DNA of 64,000 nt from Armatimonadota bacterium (GTDB lineage: Bacteria; Armatimonadota; Fimbriimonadia; Fimbriimonadales; GBS-DC), in assembly GCA_030550775.1 (NCBI GenBank), contig JAUQOS010000001.1, positions 19,259-83,258 of the forward strand, given 5' to 3'. The notes under the pieces were generated by a model, which searched no databases, had not been told where the DNA came from, and saw only the letters and a program-made list of their open reading frames with translations. A program made the position numbers and the translations under genes. The first letter of the stretch is position 1. Each line of letters opens with the position of its first letter. Positions 47,261-56,987 of this stretch are shown here, piece by piece.

Positions 47261-49260
47261 CGCAGGTACTTCGCCCACCACTGGAGATACTGTTCCAGCC
47301 GATGGCGACGCAGGTCGGGTGGTCCGCTGCGCGAGAGCCCATGGCTGGCTTCCGCAGGGTAGCGCACATACAGCACTTCCTTGCCCTGACGCACCAGCGC
47401 GGCGAACAACTGGTCGGCTTCGCTAATGGGGCACCGCAGGTCGCCCTCGCTGTGCACAATCAGCAACGGGGTGGTGATGCGTCCCGCATATGCCAACGGC
47501 GAGCATTCCCATAACTTCTGCGGTTCATCCCAGAAGTTGCCTTGCCAATAGCGGTTCGGGATCATCGGAAAGTCGGAGGTGCCCGCCATGCTCACTAAGT
47601 TCACCACGCTGCGGTCGGTAATCGCGGCTTTGAAGCGATTCGTGTGCCCCACAATCCAGTTGGTCATGTAGCCGCCGTAGCTGCCGCCTGCCACGCCCAT
47701 GCGCTCGGCGTCTACAAACGGTAGGCTTGCCAAATAGTCGGCGACAATCATCAGGTCTTTGAAATCGCGGTTGCCCCAGTCGCCCTTGATGGCGCGGGCG
47801 AACGCCTCACCATAGCCGATGCTGCCGCGCGGGTTGGTGTACGCCACCACATAGCCCTGCGCGGCGTGCAGCTGAAACTCGTGGAAAAACACGCGCCCAT
47901 ACATCGCGTGGGGTCCGCCGTGAATCATCAAGACGGTGGGGTACTTGCGATGCGGGTCGAAGTCGGGCGGTTTGAGCAACCAGCCGTGCACCTTCACGCC
48001 GTCGTCGGCTTCCACCTCGAACTCCTCAGGGTGCATTAGTTCCACTTCATCCAGCAAAGGCTGGTTGAGGGCAGTGAGTTGGATAAGGTTTAGCGTGTTG
48101 CCCGTGCGCTCTGCCAAAAACACCTCGTGGGGGTGCGTGGCGTCGCCTTTCAACAGCGCAAGGCGATGCTCGTCGCGGGCGAGGCTGATGTCCGCCACCT
48201 CAAAATCGCCGTCTAACAGCTTGTCCAGATGGGTGCCATCCACTTTCACGCGGTAGGGGTAAACACCGCCCCGCTCGCTGACCAGAAAGTACAGATGTTG
48301 GTTGTCTGCGCTCCACAGCAGGGGTGCGCCGCCGCCAAACTCGCGCACATCGGTCAGTGTGCCAACGCCAACGGTGTTGTCCAGCTGCGGGATCAGATCC
48401 ACGGCGTCGCCCCCATCGGGCGAAACGCGCCACACATGGTCGTTGCGCGGATACGAGTCGTCAGGGTAAGGATTGCCGATGTACGCCAAGTATGTGCCGT
48501 CAGGCGACCAGCGCAAGGCGTACTTGGGTCCATCGGGCGCTTCTACCTTGCGCAACTCGCCCCCATCGGCAGGCACAATCCAGATGGCATCGTAGCCAGG
48601 ATGGTTGTCGGGGTCGGGGTGGCGATTGCTGATGAAGGCGATATACTTGCCATCGGGCGACCAAGTGGGGCTGTGCTCGCTGAATTCGGGATCGGTGGTC
48701 AGTTGTTTGGTTTCGCCCGTTTTCACATCAACCACATAGAGGTGATAACGCTGGTCGACAAACGCGCCGTCGCCATCCAGTCGCCAGTAGGCACGGCGGA
48801 TGATGCGCGGCGGGTTAGATAAGCCCTTCTCTTGGCGTTCCTTGCGAGCTTGCTCGCGCCATTCGGACGCGGTTTCGCGATAGATGAAAGCGATTTTCGT
48901 GCCGTCGGGCGACCAAGCGAACTCGGCGATGCTGCCCTCCTCCAAGTTCGTAATCGGGCGCGCCTCGCCGCCGTCGGCAGCAATCAGGTAAATTTGGCTT
49001 TTGGGCTTCTGGCGATTGCTGATGAAGGCAATATACTTGCCGTCGGGCGACCAGCGGGGTTGAGAATCATTCCACTCGCCGAAGGTGAAGGGCTGGGCTT
49101 CTTCGCCGATGCGCACGCGCCATAGGTTGGAGAAGTATTTGTTTTTCTCGACATCAATCCACTTATACACAAACACGACTTGGCTTCCGTCGGGCGCGAT
49201 TTGCGGGCTTCCTAACAGTTTGATGCGAAACAGATCCTCAATAGTGATAGCGCGTTTCAT
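47257..49260 (-). CDS. S9-family serine peptidase (acylaminoacyl-/prolyl-oligopeptidase type)
   Basis: N-terminal beta-propeller with repeated WSPDG motifs. C-terminal hydrolase with GGSYGGYM (nucleophile Ser), a Asp and an SHG (His). Confidence 0.85.
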   Translation of the reverse strand: MKRAITIEDLFRIKLLGSPQIAPDGSQVVFVYKWIDVEKNKYFSNLWRVRIGEEAQPFTFGEWNDSQPRWSPDGKYIAFISNRQKPKSQIYLIAADGGEARPITNLEEGSIAEFAWSPDGTKIAFIYRETASEWREQARKERQEKGLSNPPRIIRRAYWRLDGDGAFVDQRYHLYVVDVKTGETKQLTTDPEFSEHSPTWSPDGKYIAFISNRHPDPDNHPGYDAIWIVPADGGELRKVEAPDGPKYALRWSPDGTYLAYIGNPYPDDSYPRNDHVWRVSPDGGDAVDLIPQLDNTVGVGTLTDVREFGGGAPLLWSADNQHLYFLVSERGGVYPYRVKVDGTHLDKLLDGDFEVADISLARDEHRLALLKGDATHPHEVFLAERTGNTLNLIQLTALNQPLLDEVELMHPEEFEVEADDGVKVHGWLLKPPDFDPHRKYPTVLMIHGGPHAMYGRVFFHEFQLHAAQGYVVAYTNPRGSIGYGEAFARAIKGDWGNRDFKDLMIVADYLASLPFVDAERMGVAGGSYGGYMTNWIVGHTNRFKAAITDRSVVNLVSMAGTSDFPMIPNRYWQGNFWDEPQKLWECSPLAYAGRITTPLLIVHSEGDLRCPISEADQLFAALVRQGKEVLYVRYPAEASHGLSRSGPPDLRRHRLEQYLQWWAKYLR

Positions 49261-49366
49261 AACGGTTGCCTCCTGCGGCTAAGGTTCAGCAAGGGAAGTC
49301 ACTTTCCTGCCACTGGGAGCCTGAAGCGCGGGTGCGCACTTCACCGCTCTCAGGTACACTACAGCC

Positions 49367-50242
49367 ATGCGATGCCTAGGGTTGGATGGAGCCGTCGTGG
49401 CGACTGCTTGGGTGCTGATTGGCGGGCTTAGCGCAGGTCTGTGGCTTGCTTCACACGCTTCACAAAGGTCCTCTCTGTCTTCCTACACTCTCAAAACCTT
49501 CAAGGAGCGTATACCAGGCACCACAGTGGAGTTTGAAATGGTGTATGTGCCCCCTGGCAAGATTGAACTGCCTGACCCAGACAACCCTGCCCAGATGCGC
49601 GTGGTTGAGGTCGGTGGCTTCTGGATTGGCAGAACGGAAGTGACTTGGGATGAGTACGGTACCTATGCCTTCAACACCGAGATAGCCGCCATTGAGAAGG
49701 AGCGCACCGCGGATGCCATCGCCAAGCCAAGCAAACCCTACGGCGCGATTGACCGCGGCTATGGCTACGAGGGCAACCCCGCGATTGGAATGACCTTTAT
49801 GGCAGCGCAGCGATATTGCGAGTGGCTCAGTCGTATGACGGGCAAGAAGTACCGCCTGCCCACCGAGGCTGAGTGGGAGTACGCGGCGCGCGCAGGCGTG
49901 TTGGGGCGCGAGCCGCTGCCACGCGAGCAACTGGATGCGATGGCGTGGCACGCCGAGAACTCCGACCTCAAGCCGCATAAGGTGGCGCAGAAGCAACCGA
50001 ACGCTTGGGGTTTATATGATATGCTGGGCAATGTGATGGAGTGGTGCGTGGGGCTGGATGGCAAAGCAGTTGCCTGCGGCGGCTCGTTTATGGATAAGCC
50101 TGAGGCGGTACATCCGGGCGCGCGGGCACGCCAAACCCCCGACTGGAACATGACCGACCCACAGTACCCCAAGAGCCGTTGGTGGCTTTCGGACGCGCCG
50201 TTTGTAGGATTGCGCGTAGTGTGCGAGGCACCAGCCCCTTAG
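49367..50242 (+). CDS. Formylglycine-generating-enzyme (SUMF1/FGE-sulfatase) family protein, membrane anchored
   Basis: RLPTEAEWEYAARAG, GLYDMLGNVMEWC and a C-terminal GLRVV. Has an N-terminal TM helix. GGTACACT lies 6 nt upstream of the ATG. Confidence 0.8.
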   Translation: MRCLGLDGAVVATAWVLIGGLSAGLWLASHASQRSSLSSYTLKTFKERIPGTTVEFEMVYVPPGKIELPDPDNPAQMRVVEVGGFWIGRTEVTWDEYGTYAFNTEIAAIEKERTADAIAKPSKPYGAIDRGYGYEGNPAIGMTFMAAQRYCEWLSRMTGKKYRLPTEAEWEYAARAGVLGREPLPREQLDAMAWHAENSDLKPHKVAQKQPNAWGLYDMLGNVMEWCVGLDGKAVACGGSFMDKPEAVHPGARARQTPDWNMTDPQYPKSRWWLSDAPFVGLRVVCEAPAP

Positions 50243-50299
50243 GCGGCGACTTCAGTACGTCGCGGGTTGCTGCCGCTGGCGAGAGCCCCCGCTGTGCTT

Positions 50300-50398
50300 G
50301 GAATGACAAGTTTCTTTACGCAGAATAGGCTCGTCATTCCGAACTGCAGGTGAGGAACCCACACTGTCGTTCCGAGCCGCAGGTGAGGAATCCGAGAG
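50300..50398. repeat. Family-B repeat cluster
   Basis: GGAATGAC - 25 nt - GTCATTCCgaactgcaggtGAGGAACCc, followed by a second arm gtcgttccgagccgcaggtGAGGAATCc. Confidence 0.6.
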
Positions 50399-50418
50399 CA
50401 GATCGCAATCTGGTTTAG

Positions 50419-51423
50419 CTACAAAATCGGAAACTGCTCCAAAAAGCGCAGGTCGTTTTCCAGAAACAGGCGCAGGTCGTCTACGCCGTACTGCAGCATG
50501 GGGATGCGCTCGATGCCCAAGCCGAAGGCGAAGCCGCTGTAGCGTTCGGTGTCAACGCCGTACCGTTCTAAGATGGCAGGATGAATCAGCCCTGCGCCGC
50601 CCAGCTCCAGCCAACCGCCCTTCCACGAAATTGCGAAATCCACCCCTGGCTCTACAAAGGGGAAGTAGTCGGGGCGGAAACGCACGCGCACATCCTCGCC
50701 GAACATCATTTGCGCGAACTGGGTCAGCGTGCCTTTGAGGTGCGCCATGCTCACGCCCTCATCCACCATAAAGGCGTCCACTTGGTGGAAGGTGTGGGAG
50801 TGGGTGGCGTCCACATTTTCGTAGCGGTAGCACCGCCCGATGATGGCGATTCGCAACGGCAGCTGGCGTTCGCCCCGCTGCAGCTGTTCGAAGATGCGCC
50901 CCTGAATGGAGGTAGTTTGGGTGCGCAGCAGGTAGCCCGGCGCGATATGAAACGAGTTTTGTTCGTCCATCGCGGGGTGGTCTTCGGGGTAGTTGAGCGC
51001 GCCGAAGTTATAGCGGAACTCTTCGAGGTCATAGCCGTCTACGAACTCAAAGCCCAGCCCGATTAGAGCAGCTTTGACGCGACGCATCGTGAGTGTAAGC
51101 GGGTGCAGCCGAGCGGGGCGCAGGGGCATGCCGGGCAGCGTCACATCAAGCCGTTCGGCTTCGATGCGTCGCGCAAGTTCCAGCTGTTCCAGTTCGGCGC
51201 GGCGGGCGGCAAAGCGTTGCTCCAGCTGCTCGCGGGCGGCGTTGACCTGCTGCCCGAAGGCAGGTCGCTCTTCGAGTGGCAGGGTACCTACTTGGCGCAG
51301 CAGCTGGCTGATAGCTCCTTTTTTGCCCAAATAGCGCACCTCCACCTCTTGGAGTTCGGCGGTGGAGGTGGCTTGGGCGATCGCGTGTTCCGCTTCCGCT
51401 AAGAGTTGATGAATCGTTTGCAC
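50419..51423 (-). CDS. pheS: Phenylalanine--tRNA ligase subunit alpha
   Basis: 334 aa with class II motifs (...IIGRCYRYE..., ...GFAFGLGIERIPMLQYGVDDLRLF). No pheT follows. Confidence 0.95.
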   Translation of the reverse strand: MQTIHQLLAEAEHAIAQATSTAELQEVEVRYLGKKGAISQLLRQVGTLPLEERPAFGQQVNAAREQLEQRFAARRAELEQLELARRIEAERLDVTLPGMPLRPARLHPLTLTMRRVKAALIGLGFEFVDGYDLEEFRYNFGALNYPEDHPAMDEQNSFHIAPGYLLRTQTTSIQGRIFEQLQRGERQLPLRIAIIGRCYRYENVDATHSHTFHQVDAFMVDEGVSMAHLKGTLTQFAQMMFGEDVRVRFRPDYFPFVEPGVDFAISWKGGWLELGGAGLIHPAILERYGVDTERYSGFAFGLGIERIPMLQYGVDDLRLFLENDLRFLEQFPIL

Positions 51424-51425
51424 GG

Positions 51426-51776
51426 CTACGCGCTGGGGCGTACCGCGTCCACGAGCATCTTGAAGGCTTCGGGGTCGCGGATTGCCATTTCAGATAGTTG
51501 CTTACGGTTGATTTGGATGCCGCGCTCGCTTAGGGCGTGGATGAACTCGTGATAGCGAATGCCGTGCAAGCGGCAAGCAGCGCTGATTCGGGTAATCCAC
51601 AGGCGTCGAAAATCGCGTTTGCGCTGCCGACGGTCACGAAAAGCGTAATGCAGCGATTTCATCACCTGTTCGTTCGCTTTGCGGAACAGGCGGCTTTTCG
51701 CGCCGTAGTAGCCCTCTGCGCGCTTGAGTATCTTCTTATGGCGACGCCGCGTTACGGTACCACCTTTGACGCGCAT
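51426..51776 (-). CDS. rplT: 50S ribosomal protein L20
   Basis: [32 protein letters not shown]... Confidence 0.95.
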   Translation of the reverse strand: MRVKGGTVTRRRHKKILKRAEGYYGAKSRLFRKANEQVMKSLHYAFRDRRQRKRDFRRLWITRISAACRLHGIRYHEFIHALSERGIQINRKQLSEMAIRDPEAFKMLVDAVRPSA

Positions 51777-51788
51777 CTTTTTGCCTCC

Positions 51789-51986
51789 TTAGCGTCCTGC
51801 CAGCAAGCGGTTCACACGCCGATACTCGCCCTTGAACAGTTCGTCCTCGTGGTCGAGCCGGCGTTTACGGGCGGGCGACTTACTCAGAAACAGGTGGCTG
51901 TTGCCCGCTTTCTTGTGCATGAGTTTGCCCGTCGCTGTCCGTTTGAACCGCTTGGCGGCGGTTTTGCTCGTTTTCATCTTGGGCAT
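51789..51986 (-). CDS. rpmI: 50S ribosomal protein L35
   Basis: MPKMKTSKTAAKRFKRTATGKLMHKKAGNSH... with SD GAAGGAGG upstream. Confidence 0.95.
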   Translation of the reverse strand: MPKMKTSKTAAKRFKRTATGKLMHKKAGNSHLFLSKSPARKRRLDHEDELFKGEYRRVNRLLAGR

Positions 51987-52545
51987 GGGTTATACCTCCT
52001 TCGGTGGCAGCCGACGCTTTGGGTTTGGCTTGCGGCTTTTTGCCGGGCGCGATGACCATCGTCATCTGCCTGCCTTCCATCGTCGGCTGCTTTTCGACAA
52101 AGCCGTACTCCTCCACAGCGGTAGCGATTTTGCGCAGCAGCTTTTCGGCTGCTTCGGGGCGGTCGGCTTCCCGGCTGCGGAAGATGACCACGAATTTTAC
52201 CTTATTGCCGTCCTGCAAAAACTCGATCGTGTTGCGGATTTTGACCTCGATGTCGTGTGCGCCGATGGCGGGGCGCAGGCGCAGCGTTTTTATATCGCCA
52301 CCCTTTTGCTTCTTTTTGGTCTCTTTGGCGAGTTTTTCTTGTTCATAGCGGTAGCGTCCATAGTCTAAGATTTTGCACACGGGCGGGTTCGCTGTCGGCG
52401 CGACTTCGACAAGGTCTAGCCCCCGCTCCTGCGCGATTTTGAGCGCGCGGCGCAGGGGCATAATCCCCAACTGCTTGCCGTCGGTATCAATAACGCGCAC
52501 CTCTTTGGCGCGAATGCGGTTATTTACTCGCAGCTCCTTTTGAAT
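51880..52545 (-). CDS. infC: Translation initiation factor IF-3 (ATT start; C-terminal extension overlapping rpmI)
   Basis: The ORF-track entry starts at GTG 52500 (MRVIDTDGKQLGIM). Upstream in frame I read ATT CAA AAG GAG CTG CGA GTA AAT AAC CGC ATT CGC GCC AAA GAG, giving (I)QKELRVNNRIRAKE, the conserved IF3 N-terminus. This follows GGTGAGGAAGCC. There is no stop until 51880. Confidence 0.85.
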   Translation of the reverse strand: MQKELRVNNRIRAKEVRVIDTDGKQLGIMPLRRALKIAQERGLDLVEVAPTANPPVCKILDYGRYRYEQEKLAKETKKKQKGGDIKTLRLRPAIGAHDIEVKIRNTIEFLQDGNKVKFVVIFRSREADRPEAAEKLLRKIATAVEEYGFVEKQPTMEGRQMTMVIAPGKKPQAKPKASAATEGGITHAQDENEQNRRQAVQTDSDGQTHAQESGQQPPVSE

Positions 52546-52571
52546 GGCTTCCTCACCCTCGCTTTGATGTG

Positions 52572-53084
52572 TTATTCGATGAGCACTTGACCGAGCACAC
52601 GACGAATGTCTTCCATGACCTCAGGAGCGAAGCCCTCCTCCGAGTAGCGGATAATACCTTTTTTGTCCACGATGTAGGTGGTGGGGAAGGCTTTGATACG
52701 CGCTCGGCGCATCACTTCCGACTCGTTGGGGGGCACCACGATTGGGTAGGTTACTTTGAGTTGTTCAACGAAGGCGCGCACTTCGTCAGGTGTACCTGAG
52801 TCGAGGGCAATCCCCACGACGACCAAGCCGCGATCGCGATATTTTTCGTGCAGCTCTTGGAAAAAGGGCATCGCTTCACGACAGGGCGCACACCAAGTTG
52901 CCCAGAAGTCCACCAGATATACCTTATCCTGCTTGCCTCCGAGTTTGACCTCGTTGCCGTTGAGGTCCTTGAAGGTCATTTCGGGCATCTTTTGCCCAAC
53001 GCGCAACTGCGCCCCTGAGGGCACTCCCAGCAGCAGGAGTGCCGCAATGCCCAGCAGCACCACTGGTAGAATCAGGCGTTTCAT
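52572..53084 (-). CDS. TlpA/ResA-like thiol:disulfide oxidoreductase (thioredoxin fold)
   Basis: Signal peptide, active site WATWCAPCREAMP. GGTATAAT (complement of 53102-53109), then acggcgcGGAGGcagtg, then the ATG. Confidence 0.85.
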   Translation of the reverse strand: MKRLILPVVLLGIAALLLLGVPSGAQLRVGQKMPEMTFKDLNGNEVKLGGKQDKVYLVDFWATWCAPCREAMPFFQELHEKYRDRGLVVVGIALDSGTPDEVRAFVEQLKVTYPIVVPPNESEVMRRARIKAFPTTYIVDKKGIIRYSEEGFAPEVMEDIRRVLGQVLIE

Positions 53085-53117
53085 CACTGCCTCCGCGCCG
53101 TATTATACCATGCTTGA

Positions 53118-53540
53118 TTACAAGCCACGCAGAATCATCTCGATGGCTTCCTTGTGCTTGGTCTCGTCGGAGATGATTTCTTCAAGGTCGTTTACCAGCC
53201 CGTAGTCGCCTAGTTGCTCGGCTTGCTCACGGCGTTGTTTGTAGCGAGCGATAGTGTCTTCCTCGGCACGCAGCACATTCTGCAACATCTCTTTCAGGTT
53301 GGCTGCGGGAGGCACAGCTGTAGGGGTTGTGACGGGTGTGCCGCCCAGCGCAGCGATTTTGTTTGCCAGAAACTCGGCGTGGCGCAGCTCGTCGGGCACC
53401 TCACGCATAAAGAACTCCTTCATCTCCTCGCGATAGATGCCCGTTACCGTCGCCCCGTAGGTGATGTAGGTGATAATCGCCTGATACTCGTTTGCCAAAT
53501 CGATGTTCAAGCCCTCAATCAACTGTTCTCTAATAGACAT
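53118..53540 (-). CDS. Ferritin-like (bacterioferritin/rubrerythrin-type di-iron) protein
   Basis: ANEYQAIITY...ELRHAEFLANKI...LRAEEDTIARY...ISDETKHKEAIE, showing E/ExxH-type ligand spacing. Confidence 0.7.
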   Translation of the reverse strand: MSIREQLIEGLNIDLANEYQAIITYITYGATVTGIYREEMKEFFMREVPDELRHAEFLANKIAALGGTPVTTPTAVPPAANLKEMLQNVLRAEEDTIARYKQRREQAEQLGDYGLVNDLEEIISDETKHKEAIEMILRGL

Positions 53541-53705
53541 CGCAACCTCCGTGGCGTAGTATACCCAGTGCGGGTTTAGTTTGTGATACCGTCGGCGGGA
53601 CGCTGACGCTACGATGTTTCGTCGGCGCGGGCGCTGAAGCTACGGTAGGGGCAGGTTCTGAACCCACCCCTCCATCGGGCGGTTCAAAAGCGCATACCCC
53701 CTAGC

Positions 53706-54284
53706 TTACTCCACACCCTCGATGAGGTCGTAGACGCCCGGCTCCACCTGAACCAACGCACAGGGGGCGTCGGTGTCGGCGTCGTGGAACATGAACACAT
53801 GCGCGCCCTCCGTATCGGCTTGGAGCAGTGCCTCTTCCAAGCTCATCGGCTTGAGGGGCACGCGGATGGTGCGCCGAATGGAAGGGTTGGGCGCGGAGGT
53901 TTCGGTAGTGGTTTCGGGCATTTCGCCCAGCACGGTTTCGATGATCTCCTCGCGTGAGCGGCGCCCACGCTTTTGCAGTCGCTCCTTGTACCGCGCCAGT
54001 TGGTGCTCCAAGTGCTGCACAACTGCGTCGACGGCGGCGCGGAACTCAGGGGCGCGGTCGTCGTAGTAGAACTTTTGCCCGTCGGCATCAATCAGCACGG
54101 AGATATGGTGCTGCCCGCGCGAGAGTTCGTAGGTGACTTCCAGCGCCCACAGTTTGTGGAAAAAGCGTGCCAGTTTCGCGAGTTTGCGTCGCACATACTC
54201 TTTTTCCGCCTCGCTGAGTTCTTGGTGCGGGCTGCGGAAAGTCACATCAACCATTTCCACTTGTTTGCGTTTGGCTTTGCTCAT
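53706..54284 (-). CDS. hpf: Ribosome hibernation-promoting factor (long HPF)
   Basis: S30AE-type N-domain ([31 protein letters not shown]) plus a C-terminal dimerisation domain (IRRTIRVPLKPMSLEEALLQ...FMFHDADTD). The start may be ATG 54254. Confidence 0.85.
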   Translation of the reverse strand: MSKAKRKQVEMVDVTFRSPHQELSEAEKEYVRRKLAKLARFFHKLWALEVTYELSRGQHHISVLIDADGQKFYYDDRAPEFRAAVDAVVQHLEHQLARYKERLQKRGRRSREEIIETVLGEMPETTTETSAPNPSIRRTIRVPLKPMSLEEALLQADTEGAHVFMFHDADTDAPCALVQVEPGVYDLIEGVE

Positions 54285-55464
54285 CGTTCTCCCCTCCGTA
54301 GGTTGGGTGAATGGTCGCGACGGCGTAGCAGGCGATGGCTCGGCGTGCGCCGACAGCGTCCATGCCTTCGTTCGTCGTCGCTTTGAGGCTCACTTGTTCA
54401 GGTAGGATGCCCAATGTGTGGGCGATTCGGGCGCGCATCGTCGGAAGGTAGGACGCAAGTTTGGGTGCCTCCGCCAAGATAGTGGCATCTACTTGCAGGG
54501 GCTGCCAACCGTGTTGATGGAGCAGGGCGCGCACCTGCGCTAACAAGTCCACGCTGGAGGCGTCTTTCCAGCGCGGGTCGGTGTTTGGAAAGTGGTGTCC
54601 AATGTCGCCCAAAGCCGCGGCGCCCAACAAAGCGTCGCAAATCGCGTGCAACACCACATCAGCGTCGGAATGTCCTAGCAATCCCAGCGGATACTCGATT
54701 TCCACGCCTCCCAGCTTTAGCGTGCGCCCTTGCACTAGTTGGTGGATATCATACCCAATCCCTACACGCAGGGGCGTGCGCTCCCCCACATAGGTGCGCA
54801 GCAGGGTGAGGTCGTCGGGTGTGGTGAGTTTGAGGTTGCGCGGGTCGCCCGCCACGAGGAACACAGGGTAGCCCGCCTGTTCCAATAGTTGCGCGTCGTC
54901 GGTAGCATTGGCGAGGGCATAGTCATCGGTGCGTTGGTAGGCGTCGCGCAGCCAATCGGCGCGAAATACCTGCGGGGTTTGCACGCGGTAAAGGTCAGCA
55001 CGCGGCACGGTGGCGACCACTTGCCCGTCGGCGTGGGCGCGTTTGAGCGTATCTTGCACGGGCAAAGCGGGTACGGCTGCGCCGTGCACGCGCGCTGCTG
55101 CAAGCAACCGATCCACCAGCGCGTGGCTAACCAGCGGGCGCGCAGCGTCGTGGATGAGCACAAACTCTGCTTGTTCTGGCAGATATGCCAGCGCGTTGCG
55201 CACGGTGTGTTGACGCGATTCGCCCCCGCAGGGCGCCACCGTAAGTGGTTTAGGGGCAGGGTATTGCGCTAAGTACGCCTCGTAAGGGGCGGTGTTGCCC
55301 TGCGCGACAGCCAGCGTGCCCGAATCGAGTGCAGGATGGCTCAACAGGCGCCACACCGCATGGCGCCACACGGGCGCGCCCTGCAACCGCTGCCACAGCT
55401 TGTCGCCCTTACCGAATCGGGCGCCGCTTCCTGCTGCCAGGATAAGGGCGTGTTGTATAGTCAA
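54247..55464 (-). CDS. ispDF: Bifunctional IspD/IspF (MEP cytidylyltransferase / MEcPP synthase)
   Basis: IspD motif [11 protein letters not shown]; IspF motifs [30 protein letters not shown] prefer TTG 55464, which follows GAAGGAGGG. The longer ORF back to 55557 overlaps the upstream gene. Confidence 0.85.
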   Translation of the reverse strand: MTIQHALILAAGSGARFGKGDKLWQRLQGAPVWRHAVWRLLSHPALDSGTLAVAQGNTAPYEAYLAQYPAPKPLTVAPCGGESRQHTVRNALAYLPEQAEFVLIHDAARPLVSHALVDRLLAAARVHGAAVPALPVQDTLKRAHADGQVVATVPRADLYRVQTPQVFRADWLRDAYQRTDDYALANATDDAQLLEQAGYPVFLVAGDPRNLKLTTPDDLTLLRTYVGERTPLRVGIGYDIHQLVQGRTLKLGGVEIEYPLGLLGHSDADVVLHAICDALLGAAALGDIGHHFPNTDPRWKDASSVDLLAQVRALLHQHGWQPLQVDATILAEAPKLASYLPTMRARIAHTLGILPEQVSLKATTNEGMDAVGARRAIACYAVATIHPTYGGENDEQSQTQTSGNG

Positions 55465-56548
55465 TCCCTCCTTCGCCTTTGGAGTCGGCAGGCTTCGGTT
55501 CGGCAAAGATGATTTTACCGCGCGCCGATTGCAGTACGCTGGTAACGACCACCTCAATCGCTTGGTTGATGTAGTCGCGCCCGTTTTCTACGACGACCAT
55601 CGTGCCGTCTTCAAGGTAAGCGATGCCTTGATTTGGCTCCTGCCCCTCGCGAATAGGTATCACCGTGAGTTCCTCGCCAGGCAACACATTGATGCGCACG
55701 GCTTCCGCTAGCTCATTGATGTTCAGCACACGCACACCTTGTAACTCCGCCACACGGTTGAGGTTGTAGTCGTTGGTGACGATATCGGCACGCATCGCTT
55801 TGGCAAGGCGCACCAACCGCGAATCCACCTCATCGCCAGCAGGGGGTGCAAGGCGGTCGTGCACGCGCACTTCTAAGTTCTCGCCCAAGTCGGCTTGGAG
55901 CTGTTTGAGCACATCTAAACCGCGCCGCCCCCGCGCCCGACGCAGCGGATCCTCCGAGTCGGCGATGTGTTGCAGCTCATCCAGCACAAAACCAGGCACA
56001 TACAATTTGCCTTCCAGAAAACCCGTGCGCAAAATGTCGCGAATACGCCCGTCAATAATCACGCTCGTATCCAGCACCTTGATGCCTTTGGAGCGGCGCG
56101 CCATCTGCGCTGTGAGGGGCAAATATTCCTTCATACTCAGAAAGCTCACTACACTCAGGTAAATCAAAATAACAAACGCTAACAGCGTGAGCGCCCAGCC
56201 CAGACGCGCCCCCCCAATCGCAAATAGCAACGGATAGAGCGCAAAGGTAATAACCGCAGCCGAAACCAGCCCTAACCCGATTGCCAGCTTCTCGTCTGGC
56301 TCTGCCTCTTCTAAGTGACGTGCCACGCGCGAAAGCAACTGAAAGCTATGGTTCGCCACCAAAATGCCCATCAATAACCCCGCAGTGGTCAGCCCCACGC
56401 GTGTCCAGAGTGGCTCAATGGGAGCGTTCCCAGAAAACCAGTCATCCACTACCTTGAGGAATGGGTCGGCGGTCAAAAAGCCTATCGTGGCAAACACAAT
56501 CATTCCGACCCCAAGAAACAGCCAATACATCAGGCGATGGATTGTCAT
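55409..56548 (-). CDS. PIN/TRAM domain membrane protein (YacL-like)
   Basis: Four N-terminal TM helices, a PIN domain ([14 protein letters not shown]...) and a C-terminal TRAM-like domain ([17 protein letters not shown]). The position upstream of ispD/ispF matches Bacillus yacL. Confidence 0.75.
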   Translation of the reverse strand: MTIHRLMYWLFLGVGMIVFATIGFLTADPFLKVVDDWFSGNAPIEPLWTRVGLTTAGLLMGILVANHSFQLLSRVARHLEEAEPDEKLAIGLGLVSAAVITFALYPLLFAIGGARLGWALTLLAFVILIYLSVVSFLSMKEYLPLTAQMARRSKGIKVLDTSVIIDGRIRDILRTGFLEGKLYVPGFVLDELQHIADSEDPLRRARGRRGLDVLKQLQADLGENLEVRVHDRLAPPAGDEVDSRLVRLAKAMRADIVTNDYNLNRVAELQGVRVLNINELAEAVRINVLPGEELTVIPIREGQEPNQGIAYLEDGTMVVVENGRDYINQAIEVVVTSVLQSARGKIIFAEPKPADSKGEGGIDYTTRPYPGSRKRRPIR

Positions 56549-56740
56549 CGAACCCTCCAGTTATATTATACGCCCTGCTGGGTGTGGTATCGCACAGATG
56601 GCGGGTTCATAGCAGGGGTTACGGTCTCTAACGGCCCGAGTTGCGAGGCAGTTGATGGCTACGAATGAGCAGTGAACTCAGACGGCTCAAGCCGTTCTTG
56701 TGTGAGCCAAGCTAACCTCCGTCGCCCCCGTTCGTCAGTG

Positions 56741-56941
56741 TTGGTAAGGGCACGATGCCCAAGTTCCAACATGCGCCAATTGCTATAAATCTGCCCCCTC
56801 CTGCAGGTTCCCCCCGCTCCGCAAGGGGGAACCGAAAACCTGCTTGGTTCCCCCTACTTGTAGGGGGAACCTTACGGAGAGAGTTCGGGACAGGCGGACA
56901 ACGGCTTGGGCAGTTGAAGCAGTACCCTGTACCCTTGTCAG
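56741..56941. mobile_element. Family-A MITE-like element, copy 3 (degenerate ends)
   Basis: Ends are ttggtaaggg ... cccttgtcag. The interior has tctgccccctcctgcaGGTTCCCCCCgctccgcaaGGGGGAACC and GGTTCCCCCTACttGTAGGGGGAACC hairpins, and the tail ggcagttgaagc...gtacccttgtcag is collinear with copy 1. Confidence 0.65.
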
Positions 56942-56987
56942 GGGAGTAACCCGCTCCTCCTGCTCGTGACAACCCTGAGTTGCGGGG

